Below, piece by piece: positions 1 through 8,949 of a stretch of DNA of 52,372 bases. The notes under the pieces were generated by a model. That model was given only the letters and a program-made list of their open reading frames with translations. It was not told the origin of the DNA and made no database searches. The translations under genes and the position numbers were made by a program. The DNA is from a virus (Duplodnaviria; Caudoviricetes). The stretch lies in the IMG/VR virus record IMGVR_UViG_3300032229_000930, positions 1 through 52,372 of that record; one strand, 5' to 3'. Position 1 is the first letter of the stretch; each line of letters opens with the position of its first letter.

Positions 1-111
1 CGGTTTATTGCACCGGTCTTGAACCCTGCGAATGGGATGAGCAGGTAAGACTGCCGAAGGCAGCCCCGTAAGGGGCGAGACGAGCGGGGGCGAGCGAGTC
101 CAAACCGGAGA
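1..111 (+). pseudogene. Partial duplicate of tRNA-Ser(TGA) (D-arm to start of variable arm) interrupted by a ~79-nt hairpin-rich insert in the anticodon loop; truncated by window edge
   Basis: 1-23 is identical to tRNA 196-218 (CGGTTTATTGCACCGGTCTTGAA); after the insert the sequence resumes AACCGGAGAG and then diverges. Confidence 0.75.
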
Positions 112-180
112 GAGGTTTTCGGTGATATTCTTTGCCTCGCAATTCTGGCTGGTTCCGATTAAACAAGAACATAGCAGAAA

Positions 181-269
181 GGAGGGGTGGTAGAGCGGTT
201 TATTGCACCGGTCTTGAAAACCGGAGAGGTCACAAGCCTCCGTGGGTTCGAATCCCACCCCCTCCGCCA
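181..269 (+). tRNA. tRNA-Ser, anticodon TGA, CCA encoded
   Basis: Acceptor stem GGAGGGG/CCCCTCC, anticodon stem CCGGT-CTTGAAA-ACCGG, long variable arm, GGTTCGAATCC T-loop, ends GCCA. Confidence 0.97.
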
Positions 270-270
270 T
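249..270 (+). repeat. attL core (22-bp direct repeat CGAATCCCACCCCCTCCGCCAT)
   Basis: Exact copy at 52171-52192. Confidence 0.95.
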
Positions 271-300
271 ACCACTTCATCGCCTGCTGAACCAGGACAG

Positions 301-389
301 GAGGTTTGGGAGAGGTGGAAACAGCCGGAAAGATCCGGAAGTACCCTGTTAGAAGGTGAATTTCCAGCCAGCGCCAAGGTTTGGGAGAA
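301..389 (+). repeat. Left-end putative transposase binding sites (GAGGTTTGGGAGA 301-313; AGGTTTGGGAGAA 377-389)
   Basis: Inverted copies at 36421-36454; spaced arrangement recalls Mu end sites. Confidence 0.8.
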
Positions 390-754
390 CTTGGATGGAA
401 CATGGCATTAAGACAAAGGTTCGCTACAAATTTCAGCGGCCTGCCTGACCACTGCAGCGCTGAAGCATCACGAGTGCAATGCCCTTGCAGGCCATCCATC
501 GCAGGGGTTAGAAAGCTCCCATGACTTCCCCCATGACTTCTTATTGCGAGCGGAGGCGCGGGAATGATGATCCCTGAGTTGGGAGAGCGCCCAGGAAGCC
601 GCAGGTCAATGGATCGGTGAGCAGCACCTAGGAAGAGATCTAGCAGGCAAGGTGATCGACCTGAGCGGAGTCCCACTCCCCCATGAGGGGCTATTCCGTA
701 AGATGGTCCTCAATGCCATTGAGAGGAAGCTACGTCGACGAGGTGCCAGGGATA

Positions 755-1543
755 TCACCCTGCCGTCGGCGGAAGGATGATCAGTTCCTTATAGGTCTTT
801 CCATTCGTGTGGTTGATCCCCTTGGCCCGCTCCACGGATTTGATCTGGCAGTCTGAAAAGACCCTCCGGATCTCCGGGGCATCGTTCAAAGTGACGATCC
901 AGCGCCCCTTCAGGCGGTCGAGCCGCTCCCGGAACCTCTGAACGTCGGCCACCGTCCAGGCGGAATAGATCCCGGCGTCGCATCCCGTATAGGGAGGGTC
1001 ACAGAAGAAAAACGTCCCCTCCCGGTCATAGAGGTCGAGGCATCGCTGCCAGTCGAGATTCTCGACGGTGACGCGGTCCAGCCGGACATTGAGCTGTCGG
1101 ATTTGATCAAGTCTGGCGCTCCTGGAACCGGAGGCCGCACCGCCCGAGGAAGCTGATGTCCCAAAAGATCCCAGGGAAGCCCCCCGGAAGCAGTTCCGGT
1201 TCCGGAACCACCACCGGGCCGCCCGCTGGATGTCAGTGAGGCCAGGCTGCTGGATAAATTCAGAAAATTCCTGCCGTGAATTTAGCACGAACTCCAACTC
1301 TGTCAGCAGGGCATCCGTGTGAAAGCGAACGCAACGGTAGAAGGTCACCAGATCCCCGTTGAGATCATTGACGACCTCGATCGAGGAACGTGGCTTGGCG
1401 AGCAGGACGGCAAGGCCACCGGCAAAGGGCTCCACGTAGCAGGAATGCTTCGGGATCTTGGGGAGGATGTGCTGGAGGAGGCGGGATTTTCCTCCCGGCC
1501 AGGTGACGGCGGGCTTGCAGGCGGTGGGTGCTGTGGTGATCAT
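755..1543 (-). CDS. dam: DNA adenine methyltransferase (Dam/D12 class)
   Basis: WPGGKSRL, YVEPFAGG, VVNDLN and DPPY motifs; start taken at MITTAP. Confidence 0.9.
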   Translation of the reverse strand: MITTAPTACKPAVTWPGGKSRLLQHILPKIPKHSCYVEPFAGGLAVLLAKPRSSIEVVNDLNGDLVTFYRCVRFHTDALLTELEFVLNSRQEFSEFIQQPGLTDIQRAARWWFRNRNCFRGASLGSFGTSASSGGAASGSRSARLDQIRQLNVRLDRVTVENLDWQRCLDLYDREGTFFFCDPPYTGCDAGIYSAWTVADVQRFRERLDRLKGRWIVTLNDAPEIRRVFSDCQIKSVERAKGINHTNGKTYKELIILPPTAG

Positions 1544-1736
1544 GCCGCACACCCTACTCGGAAACCGTCGGATCGTTCCGCGAGAGCTTTCTGGAGCTTT
1601 TGGAGTGCCCTTTGTTCGATCCGGTGAATCGTGGACTTCGAACAGCCGCACCAAGCGGCGATTTCCGCGTGGGAAAGGGCGACACCGAGACGGGCTCGGC
1701 GGGAAAGAAGGGCTAGGCCGAGATCGATCCGGCGCT

Positions 1737-1982
1737 TCAGGTCTGGGGGTTACTGCCTTCCCTAGCCTTATTTGATAAACGAAATACGAATCTGTTGTTC
1801 AAAAAATCATCGAAGAACAGAAGATCATTTTCCATGGCCCATTGAGCGAGTTGCTCAGATTTTGAAAGATGCGAGTAGCCAGCGATATAACACCCTTGCT
1901 GATCGTAAATATCTTTATCAACCATCAGGGGAATAGGGTGCAGCCTGGCAGTTTCTTTCTTGATGATATCTGTGAAGGACAT
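1737..1982 (-). CDS. Hypothetical protein, AT-rich accessory gene
   Basis: 81-aa ORF co-oriented with early operon, visibly lower GC. Confidence 0.55.
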   Translation of the reverse strand: MSFTDIIKKETARLHPIPLMVDKDIYDQQGCYIAGYSHLSKSEQLAQWAMENDLLFFDDFLNNRFVFRLSNKAREGSNPQT

Positions 1983-2002
1983 AGTTCAATGGAGGCGGTG
2001 CG

Positions 2003-2305
2003 TCAGATCTGTGGATTACCGCGCCACCCCGCTTTTTCTAAAAAATCCTTTGGAATTTGCAAATAAGTTAATGATCCCTTGTAAGCAGGGTATATGAGGG
2101 TGCTTAACGGGCCAACATACCGGAGCTCGACCACACCAGTTCGTTCGATGAGATCATCACTCTCGGTATTAAACCTTGCATTTACAAAAACAAATTCTCC
2201 ATCGAGCGATTTGCCTATTACATCTGTGAAGTTCGAGGGGTCGCACGGAACCGTTATCGGGTTGGGCATCGTTTTCCCACGGAAAGTGCATGTTTGAGGG
2301 ATCAT
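2003..2305 (-). CDS. Hypothetical protein, AT-rich accessory gene
   Basis: 100-aa ORF, lower GC than flanks. Confidence 0.6.
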   Translation of the reverse strand: MIPQTCTFRGKTMPNPITVPCDPSNFTDVIGKSLDGEFVFVNARFNTESDDLIERTGVVELRYVGPLSTLIYPAYKGSLTYLQIPKDFLEKAGWRGNPQI

Positions 2306-2314
2306 GATTAAAAC

Positions 2315-2674
2315 TTATACCGCGAAGAGCAGCGCCTGACCACCGTGAACCTCGCGGAGGTCGGGGCGTTTTCCGGTCAGGCAGTTGTGGCGTGAGAGAC
2401 GCCAGTGGCGGACTTTCTTGAGCTCGGCGATTCCATGCTGGCGGAGCCGGTTTTCGATCTTTTTCCAGTCGGATTCGGGAAGGTGCCGGTGATGGATGAA
2501 GCCATGGGCTCCCTCCGAGGTGGATGAGACGGCGAAGTCGTCCAGGAGACCAGCCTTGCCCTCCTTGGCGCGGAGCTCGCGGTCAGAAAGATCGAAGCGC
2601 TCGCAGATTTCCTTGGTGGAAACAAAACCCCCGCGCTCCAGCAGGAAGAGTTCGATGCGGAGCGCGAGATCCAT
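2315..2674 (-). CDS. Putative winged-HTH protein (possible transcription regulator)
   Basis: N-terminal GGFVSTKEICERFDLSDRELR resembles an HTH; phage codon usage. Confidence 0.55.
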   Translation of the reverse strand: MDLALRIELFLLERGGFVSTKEICERFDLSDRELRAKEGKAGLLDDFAVSSTSEGAHGFIHHRHLPESDWKKIENRLRQHGIAELKKVRHWRLSRHNCLTGKRPDLREVHGGQALLFAV

Positions 2675-2676
2675 GA

Positions 2677-3153
2677 TCAGAAGGGGCAGTCAGCCCGCTC
2701 CGGTTTGAAATCCGGCTTGGTGAACTTCGCCGCCATGCCTGGGATGAAATCCACGTCCGTCGGATTGTGGGCGTAGGCGCGGTTGTGGACCGTATTGCGG
2801 AACTTCTCCAGGTCATCAAGCGAGAGATCCTGCCAGCAGCCCAGCCCGTAAAGATCGCGGGAGAGCTGTTCGAGATACTGCTCGGTGAAGCCAGCGTCGG
2901 AGGCATCCTTGCGGACCCTCCAGACCATCTTCTCACGCTCCGGATCGCGGAATTTCTTCTCGCCGGTGATCGAGTCACAGAACTTCAGATAGCGGTCGAG
3001 ATCCTTGTTGCCGAACTCCTTCATGCTGGCGGGGCATCCGGCCTCCTTGTGGAGGGCATATCGGCGGGCGGAGTCGGAATTCTTCCAGCCCATGAATTCA
3101 CAGACCTTCGCCCATTGCCGCCAGTAGAGAGTGGTCTGTTTGGAAGAGAGCAT
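2677..3153 (-). CDS. GemA (Mu gp16)-like early protein
   Basis: RYALHKEAGCPASMKEFGNKDLDRYL resembles the GemA-family pattern; early-region position; start at MLSSKQ. Confidence 0.5.
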   Translation of the reverse strand: MLSSKQTTLYWRQWAKVCEFMGWKNSDSARRYALHKEAGCPASMKEFGNKDLDRYLKFCDSITGEKKFRDPEREKMVWRVRKDASDAGFTEQYLEQLSRDLYGLGCWQDLSLDDLEKFRNTVHNRAYAHNPTDVDFIPGMAAKFTKPDFKPERADCPF

Positions 3154-3158
3154 GGGGA

Positions 3159-3380
3159 TTAAAAAGCGGATGAAATGAACCGCTTTCCGCGCATCATTTT
3201 CTTGAGCTTGGCGACGAGCGAGCGGTCGACATTGGCGAGAGACTGGTGGTAGGAAAGCTTCTCCTTGGCAGCATCGAATCGCTCGGGAGTCATCCAGGCT
3301 TCGCGTCCCTTGCAGTAGCCCCAGAAGCGCATACTCAGATCGGCTTTCCACTCCCCACGTGTCAGTCGTCGCTCGCTCAT
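3159..3380 (-). CDS. Hypothetical phage protein
   Basis: 73 aa, tightly packed in early operon. Confidence 0.65.
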   Translation of the reverse strand: MSERRLTRGEWKADLSMRFWGYCKGREAWMTPERFDAAKEKLSYHQSLANVDRSLVAKLKKMMRGKRFISSAF

Positions 3381-3821
3381 TCAGTTGCCTCCCTGCAGAT
3401 TCCGCCGGAGCTCGGCCATCCCTGCCTCGAACTCCTCTGGGGACACGGAGGGCTCCTCGGGGACAGCAGGGGATGGCGCGGTGATGGTGGCACGGCGTTC
3501 CTTGAGGCGGCGTTCCCGGCGCTTGGAGCGGAAGATCAGGACCATGTCGCGGAAGGTCTCCGGATTGCGCAGGATCGTCGAGGGACGGAGAGCCCATCCG
3601 GCCTTTCCATCGTTCTTCTCGCGGCGCATCTCCCGGACTGCCCCCTCGATGTCGATCGAGGAGAGAGGGCCGCTCTCATCACCAGAGAGGGGCTCCATCT
3701 CCTGCAGGAAATCCCACCATGCCCGCTCATCCCCCATGGATGGTCGGAGTGCAGGAAGGCCGCAGGCCGTGTGCAGCGTATGGTGAAACTCGGCAACGAG
3801 CTCGCGAGTGATGGGATTCAT
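3381..3821 (-). CDS. Hypothetical phage protein
   Basis: Start at MNPITRE with ATGA overlap; abuts next gene. Confidence 0.65.
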   Translation of the reverse strand: MNPITRELVAEFHHTLHTACGLPALRPSMGDERAWWDFLQEMEPLSGDESGPLSSIDIEGAVREMRREKNDGKAGWALRPSTILRNPETFRDMVLIFRSKRRERRLKERRATITAPSPAVPEEPSVSPEEFEAGMAELRRNLQGGN

Positions 3822-3991
3822 TTGCAGAAGGGAACAAGGATCACGGAGAAGGTGGTCTTGGGGAGCGATCCCTTGAGCAGGTCGGCCTCCATGCGCGCCC
3901 TGATCAGGTCGCTGAAGACCATGATCGGAGTCGTCCGGATCCCGAAGAAGTGACGCTTGTGCTGGAGCAGAACGTAGGAGGATCTCTTCAT
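3818..3991 (-). CDS. Small hypothetical protein (57 aa, below ORF-track cutoff)
   Basis: MKRSSYVLLQHKRHFFG...; ATGA overlaps at both ends. Confidence 0.55.
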   Translation of the reverse strand: MKRSSYVLLQHKRHFFGIRTTPIMVFSDLIRARMEADLLKGSLPKTTFSVILVPFCK

Positions 3992-4191
3992 GGTTTGGTG
4001 ATGACGCTGGCGAGAGCGAAGAAAGCCGCTCCGCCAATGATTGATAAAAACCCGACGGGAGCCTCATGGATGGCAATCCCCACAAGACCCATCACCATCA
4101 GCGCGAAGCCAAAGGAGGCTACGATGCCTGCCACAAGGCCGGTGAGCACTGCATTGGAGCGGCGCAGCTGGAGTGATTCCTCGGGGCTCAT
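3988..4191 (-). CDS. Small 2-TM membrane protein
   Basis: MSPEESLQL... two hydrophobic stretches; coupled overlaps. Confidence 0.65.
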   Translation of the reverse strand: MSPEESLQLRRSNAVLTGLVAGIVASFGFALMVMGLVGIAIHEAPVGFLSIIGGAAFFALASVITKP

Positions 4192-4394
4192 CGGAAGCAC
4201 CTCCCGATTGCGACACCTGTCATCACGAGGACCGGGATCCACCAGCAGAAGGAAAGCAGGAAAAGGGGTAAATTCCCCATGTCCCACCAGTTGCTTGTGC
4301 TTGGGCCAGCCTTTTTTGCCGTCCTGAACCATCCGATGAGGCAGACGACAAAGACGAGGGCGAACAGAATCGGAAACGTGATGGTGATGCTCAT
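4188..4394 (-). CDS. Small 2-TM membrane protein
   Basis: 68 aa, two hydrophobic segments, ATGA-coupled. Confidence 0.65.
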   Translation of the reverse strand: MSITITFPILFALVFVVCLIGWFRTAKKAGPSTSNWWDMGNLPLFLLSFCWWIPVLVMTGVAIGRCFR

Positions 4395-4966
4395 TTGCCC
4401 TCCTTTCCGACCTGAGCCGTGGTAACTTGCTTACCCTCTGTATCGCTGATGAAGGGATCGACGAAGAAGGTCTCCTCCTGGTCGACACGGACACCGATCT
4501 CGCGCAGCTCGGAGCTGGAGATGTTCTTCGAGGTGAAGGCCGAGATGAGTCCTTCCTTGTCGACCTCCTCCTTGACGCGGGTGAAGGCAGCACCCCACTT
4601 CACAGAGCTGAGCATGTGCAGCACGCGTGCGAAGGTGAATCCCGAGAGCGTCTTGAGCTTCGGCATGCCGGTGCGGAATCCAATGACCCCCTGGGAGAAC
4701 TCGATGGACTTCTTCTTGCCGAACTCCTCGGGATTAGCGAGCGCCCAGTCGCGGACCTGCTCGGTGAGCGAATCGATCCTGCCTGAGAGATTGCCGAGGG
4801 TCGCCTCGTAGCGGGAGCGCACTCCGGCGATCTCGGTATCAAGGTCAGCGGTGAGGCTATTATGCTTGATCGTCAGATCCGTGATCTGGCTGACGATGGT
4901 CTCGGCCTGATCTCGGGAGATGGCGGCAGGGAGAGCGGTGGTTTTGATGCGGGTTTTCTTACTCAT
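4391..4966 (-). CDS. gam: Mu Gam-like host-nuclease inhibitor / DNA end-binding protein
   Basis: Coiled-coil N-terminus then FGKKKSIEFSQGVIGFRTGMPKL and VRVDQEETFFV, typical Gam pattern, downstream of MuB. Confidence 0.85.
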   Translation of the reverse strand: MSKKTRIKTTALPAAISRDQAETIVSQITDLTIKHNSLTADLDTEIAGVRSRYEATLGNLSGRIDSLTEQVRDWALANPEEFGKKKSIEFSQGVIGFRTGMPKLKTLSGFTFARVLHMLSSVKWGAAFTRVKEEVDKEGLISAFTSKNISSSELREIGVRVDQEETFFVDPFISDTEGKQVTTAQVGKEGK

Positions 4967-4975
4967 GGGATGGGT

Positions 4976-5173
4976 TCAGTGGGATTGGGTGTTGTTTTTG
5001 GGAGTTGAGAGGAGCGTTGTCAGACCGGAGGCCTTGAGAGCATTCTCGGCATTCATGGCCTCGTTACGGCAGAGGTAGCAGATGGTTCCGAGCGCTGGAT
5101 CGTGAAGGTCAGTATCGGTTGGATCTTCGCAGATGCAGCAGAGGGGCTGCTCCTTGTTCATCACTTCAGTCAT
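4976..5173 (-). CDS. Small Cys-rich (zinc-finger) protein
   Basis: CCICED...ICYLC. Confidence 0.55.
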   Translation of the reverse strand: MTEVMNKEQPLCCICEDPTDTDLHDPALGTICYLCRNEAMNAENALKASGLTTLLSTPKNNTQSH

Positions 5174-5324
5174 GGGGTTCGGTGGCTGGCTTGAGGATTG
5201 GAAGCTCTTTGCCGCTCCCCTTGCAGTCCTGACACTTCATGCCTCGGGCAGTTCCATTCCGCTCCATCCAGGTATGGATGCCCTTGCCCTCGCAGGAAGT
5301 GCAGGCCTTAGGTTCCTTGCTCAT
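5166..5324 (-). CDS. Small DnaJ-type CxxCxGxG zinc-finger protein
   Basis: CTSCEGKG and CQDCKGSG. Confidence 0.6.
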   Translation of the reverse strand: MSKEPKACTSCEGKGIHTWMERNGTARGMKCQDCKGSGKELPILKPATEPHD

Positions 5325-5539
5325 GCGGCCTCCTTGACGGGCTCGGTCCATGTGGCGACCCACGGTCCTGCGCCGATGCGCTCGACCTTCAGATCGCGTG
5401 GCGTGTAGCCGTAGATCTTTTTAATCAGGCGTTCTGCGGCGAAGTGGTGGGAGTTTGTGGATGTTGCCTTGTATCCTCCTGCACGGGCCGTGTAGGTGCT
5501 CATGCCCTCGCTGAAGGTGATCGTGAGTGATTCTTTCAT
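5321..5539 (-). CDS. Hypothetical phage protein
   Basis: Start at MKESLTITF; coupled to neighbours. Confidence 0.6.
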   Translation of the reverse strand: MKESLTITFSEGMSTYTARAGGYKATSTNSHHFAAERLIKKIYGYTPRDLKVERIGAGPWVATWTEPVKEAA

Positions 5540-5543
5540 CGCC

Positions 5544-6734
5544 TTACTCCCAGGAGGCCTCCGGTTGGGCGTTCGACTTGATGAGGAGGTCGGCGGCGAC
5601 GAAGTGTTCCCAGCGGATATCCTCCTCACGCTTGTCGGCGAGCTTGTGGGCGTAGCGGATGCGCTCGGTGATGGCTAGGAGCCCATCCACTTTCGCCAGC
5701 TGCTTGAGCAGATCGTAGGGCTTCTCCGTGAATCCCTGGACGACCACCTCGGCCTTCTTGGCAGGGAAGTCGAGGCCGTTGCGGTGGAGGATCTTTTCCA
5801 GATCTCCCTTGGTCGGCATGGAGGGGAGGATGAGCTTGTGGACTCCCCGCCGCACCAGCTGCTCCATCTCGGTGTGCTGGCCTCCCTTGATCTTCTCCAT
5901 CAGGAGTTGGGTACCACAGAGGGCGATGCCAGCGCCGGTCTCGTCATGGATCTCGCGGATGACTTCGAGGCAGGCAAAGAAGCTCCCGATCCTGTAGGTG
6001 TACATGAGCAGGTGCAGCTCGTCGAAGATGAGCAGCATCTCGGGGGAGATCGCGCGCTTGATATAGTCGATCAGCTGGGCCGTGTTCCCCTTGTCGGAGA
6101 CGCCGACCTGTGAGGCGATCCTCTTCACCATGCCACCGAGACCGCTGGCAGCCTTCATGCGGATGTAGGGAGTGCCGCCGTGGTTATTGTGGACCGCGTA
6201 GTTCTCAAGCGCCCAGGTCTTCCCGATGTGGGATGGGCCGATGATGTAGGAGACCGTTTTTGACTCGCGTGCGAGATCGAGGACCGTCCAGATCCTCTGC
6301 GCCGTGGGAGTGAGGACGAATTCCTCCCGTCCCTGGAAGCGCTTCTTCTGGCGTGCGAGGAACTCGCGCGCTGCCTTGGCCATTTTCTCGGGGACATCGA
6401 GGCGCTTCCCGTCCGGGCCGGTATACTTTCCCTGATAGATACGGGAGACCGTTGTCTTGTCATAGCCAACGGCGGCGGCGAACTCTGGAAGCGTCACCGG
6501 ATGACGCGGATCGATCGACCAGAGGAATGAGTCGATGAGCAGCTTCTTCCGATCCACCGAGCAGTGATGCATGTTCGTGCGCACGTCATGGAGCGAGAAG
6601 TTCCAGGAGGCGCGGACATTGTTGCCGGTATTGGGGGCTATCTGCTGCTCGGAGGGGATAATCTCTCCTCCTGAGCTTGCAGGGTTGTCTTCCAAGTTTT
6701 CTTTGTGGGTTTCTTGTGTGTCGGTTTTGCTCAT
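5544..6734 (-). CDS. MuB-like transposition AAA+ ATPase
   Basis: N-terminal HTH, Walker A GPSHIGKT, Walker B LLIFDE, directly downstream of transposase. Confidence 0.9.
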   Translation of the reverse strand: MSKTDTQETHKENLEDNPASSGGEIIPSEQQIAPNTGNNVRASWNFSLHDVRTNMHHCSVDRKKLLIDSFLWSIDPRHPVTLPEFAAAVGYDKTTVSRIYQGKYTGPDGKRLDVPEKMAKAAREFLARQKKRFQGREEFVLTPTAQRIWTVLDLARESKTVSYIIGPSHIGKTWALENYAVHNNHGGTPYIRMKAASGLGGMVKRIASQVGVSDKGNTAQLIDYIKRAISPEMLLIFDELHLLMYTYRIGSFFACLEVIREIHDETGAGIALCGTQLLMEKIKGGQHTEMEQLVRRGVHKLILPSMPTKGDLEKILHRNGLDFPAKKAEVVVQGFTEKPYDLLKQLAKVDGLLAITERIRYAHKLADKREEDIRWEHFVAADLLIKSNAQPEASWE

Positions 6735-6764
6735 GCGTTCGGGGTGTTTGCTTGGGTTTGGGTG

Positions 6765-8660
6765 TTAGAGCAGGTCTTCTGCGCTAAAATTGGTGGTGGC
6801 ATGCGAGGCGGCAGCCATGGCGAAGTCGTCGCCCTCCCCTGACTCTTGGCCGGAGGCATCGAGCAGGCCGGAGGCATCCACTGAGCGGAGCATGCGGACT
6901 CGGGCTCGCTCCTCGGAGGTCACCGGTGCACCGGAGACCACGGAGGCGTTGTGGCGGGCATTGGCGGCCTTGCTCCTGGCCTCCTTGAGGTGGCGGGTGC
7001 GGAAGGGAGCAAGGGCCTCGGCCTCTGCCTTGGCAGCCCGTCCGCATGCCTCCTGCACGGCGGTGATATCGGCGCGATCGACGGAGGTGATGCGCGGGCA
7101 GGCGGCGACGAAGCGTCCCTTGGCATCGAAGGCCCAGATGGTGTCCGGAGCGTAGGGGTTGAGGATCGTCGAGTACCGCTCCCCATCGGAGAGGAGGCGT
7201 GCATCGTAGCGGAGCACATCACCCGAGATCGCCCCGTCGCGGGTCTCGATCATCCCCCGGCGGACCGAGCGCTCCTCACCCATGTCGGGGAGCAGGATGG
7301 AGGCGATCGCCTGGGGGCGGAGACGAGTTAGCTGACGTGCACCTGGACGGAAGATCTCATTGGGCGACTTGCGGCGCATTCCGCCTCTGCGGAGATCGGG
7401 CACATAGTGCATGTCCCAGCCTTCGAGGTCATGGTCGGTGCGGTCATTGATGCGCTGATAGATCTCGGAGGCGATCGCCTGGAACTGCTGGATCGAGAGG
7501 AGCGGCCAGCGGAGCATCTCGACACGCTCGGGGGGGAGGTAGGCGATCGCTTTGAGCAGGGCATCGTTGCTTTTGAGCAGGCCGTCGAGTTGCTCGGGGC
7601 GGTGATCGACATCCTTGCCGGTCTGGCCGGGGAGAGCGGCCATCTCGTTGTGGATGAGATTGCCGAGGGTTTCCAGAGCGGCCTTGAAGCGGAAGTTACC
7701 CTTCGCACGTCCCGCATACTGGTGGGCGGCGGCGGCGGCTCCCTCCATGCCGGAGCGTGCGACCGTGATCAGCCCACCCGATTCATCCCGGAGGAATGCC
7801 TCGAGATCCGAGCGGATCGCGGCGGTGCCATGCTCGACCACGAGTGTGGTTCCCTGGGCAGAGTATCCGAAGTTGCCCAGGACATGAGCGAGGAGGAAGC
7901 GCATGTCGGCCTCCTTGAGACCATCCATGATGCCATCCTCGCGCTCCGTGCGGACACGCATTCCCCAGGCGAACTTGTTGGCGCTGTAAAGATCGAGCGC
8001 GTGGAACTCCAGAGGACGGCCGCTCTTACGCTGATCGAGGTGGTTGACGAAGTGATCGTGCCACATGTCATCGAAGAGGTAGTGGGATCCGACCCAGAGG
8101 TTGGCACGGGTCGTGTAGACCAGCTGCCGCTCACTTGCAGCGGCGCTGCGGCCGATGCGGGCATTCTTGAGCTCGAAGCGTGTGGGGATATGGCGGGTCA
8201 GATTGCGCTCGGTCCAGCCGTAGGGGAACCCGGTCTCCGGAGAGATGGCGGTTGAGGTCGTAACGAGACCCTTGACCCAGTCACCACGGAGAGAGCGGAT
8301 CGCGGCGGCGCTGGAGCGCTGGTAGCGCTCGCAGTAATTCTTGAGCAGCTCCTTGTCGGCGGCAGAGAGAGTGGTGGAGGTATCAGCGCGGCGATTCCAG
8401 GCCGATGGACCGCAGTAGCGGCGGTCGATGAGGGCACCCCACCCCGACTTCTTGACTGCGTAGAACTTCTTGCGAATCGTCCCCTCGCTCTGGGAAATCG
8501 AGCGTGAGAGATTGGTGATGGCCGAGGAGACGCCGCGTTCCAGTTCCAGAAGTGGCTCCAAGTGGGTGCGCCAGAAGTTGAACTCCTCGCGGGCACGGGC
8601 CGGGAGCGTTGCCAGATCCGAGGGGCGTAGTTCTGGGGAGTTGAGAAGTGCGGTGGTCAT
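6765..8660 (-). CDS. MuA-like DDE transposase
   Basis: 631 aa; YLFDDMWHD, VVEHGT and KAALE catalytic-core-like motifs; HDLEGW...SPNE; paired with MuB. Confidence 0.85.
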   Translation of the reverse strand: MTTALLNSPELRPSDLATLPARAREEFNFWRTHLEPLLELERGVSSAITNLSRSISQSEGTIRKKFYAVKKSGWGALIDRRYCGPSAWNRRADTSTTLSAADKELLKNYCERYQRSSAAAIRSLRGDWVKGLVTTSTAISPETGFPYGWTERNLTRHIPTRFELKNARIGRSAAASERQLVYTTRANLWVGSHYLFDDMWHDHFVNHLDQRKSGRPLEFHALDLYSANKFAWGMRVRTEREDGIMDGLKEADMRFLLAHVLGNFGYSAQGTTLVVEHGTAAIRSDLEAFLRDESGGLITVARSGMEGAAAAAHQYAGRAKGNFRFKAALETLGNLIHNEMAALPGQTGKDVDHRPEQLDGLLKSNDALLKAIAYLPPERVEMLRWPLLSIQQFQAIASEIYQRINDRTDHDLEGWDMHYVPDLRRGGMRRKSPNEIFRPGARQLTRLRPQAIASILLPDMGEERSVRRGMIETRDGAISGDVLRYDARLLSDGERYSTILNPYAPDTIWAFDAKGRFVAACPRITSVDRADITAVQEACGRAAKAEAEALAPFRTRHLKEARSKAANARHNASVVSGAPVTSEERARVRMLRSVDASGLLDASGQESGEGDDFAMAAASHATTNFSAEDLL

Positions 8661-8674
8661 GAGAGTCAGAGGGC

Positions 8675-8944
8675 TTAGAGAGTGGAGTTGGCTGGGAAGA
8701 CCGAGCTGATCGGCTTCATGGACATCGGCTCACCAGATCCTGAAATGGTTTTCCAGATGACCTCCAGAGAGGGTGGGTGATGCAGGAAGATCCCCGAGCG
8801 AAGGAGCCCGAAGGAGACGGCTGCACCATGCACATGCACCGCGCAGCCCCATACCTCGACATACTCCTTCGAGCCGTCGGGGCAGATCCCCACAGCGACC
8901 CGCTGAGCGCGGGCGATGTAGACGAGATTCTCGGGAAGCTGCAT
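8675..8944 (-). CDS. Hypothetical phage protein
   Basis: 89 aa in early operon. Confidence 0.5.
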   Translation of the reverse strand: MQLPENLVYIARAQRVAVGICPDGSKEYVEVWGCAVHVHGAAVSFGLLRSGIFLHHPPSLEVIWKTISGSGEPMSMKPISSVFPANSTL

Positions 8945-8949
8945 CGGGA

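Noticed and set aside
159-676. ORFs overlapping the tRNA and prophage left end
   Set aside because: They overlap a tRNA and transposase binding sites and have no protein-like features
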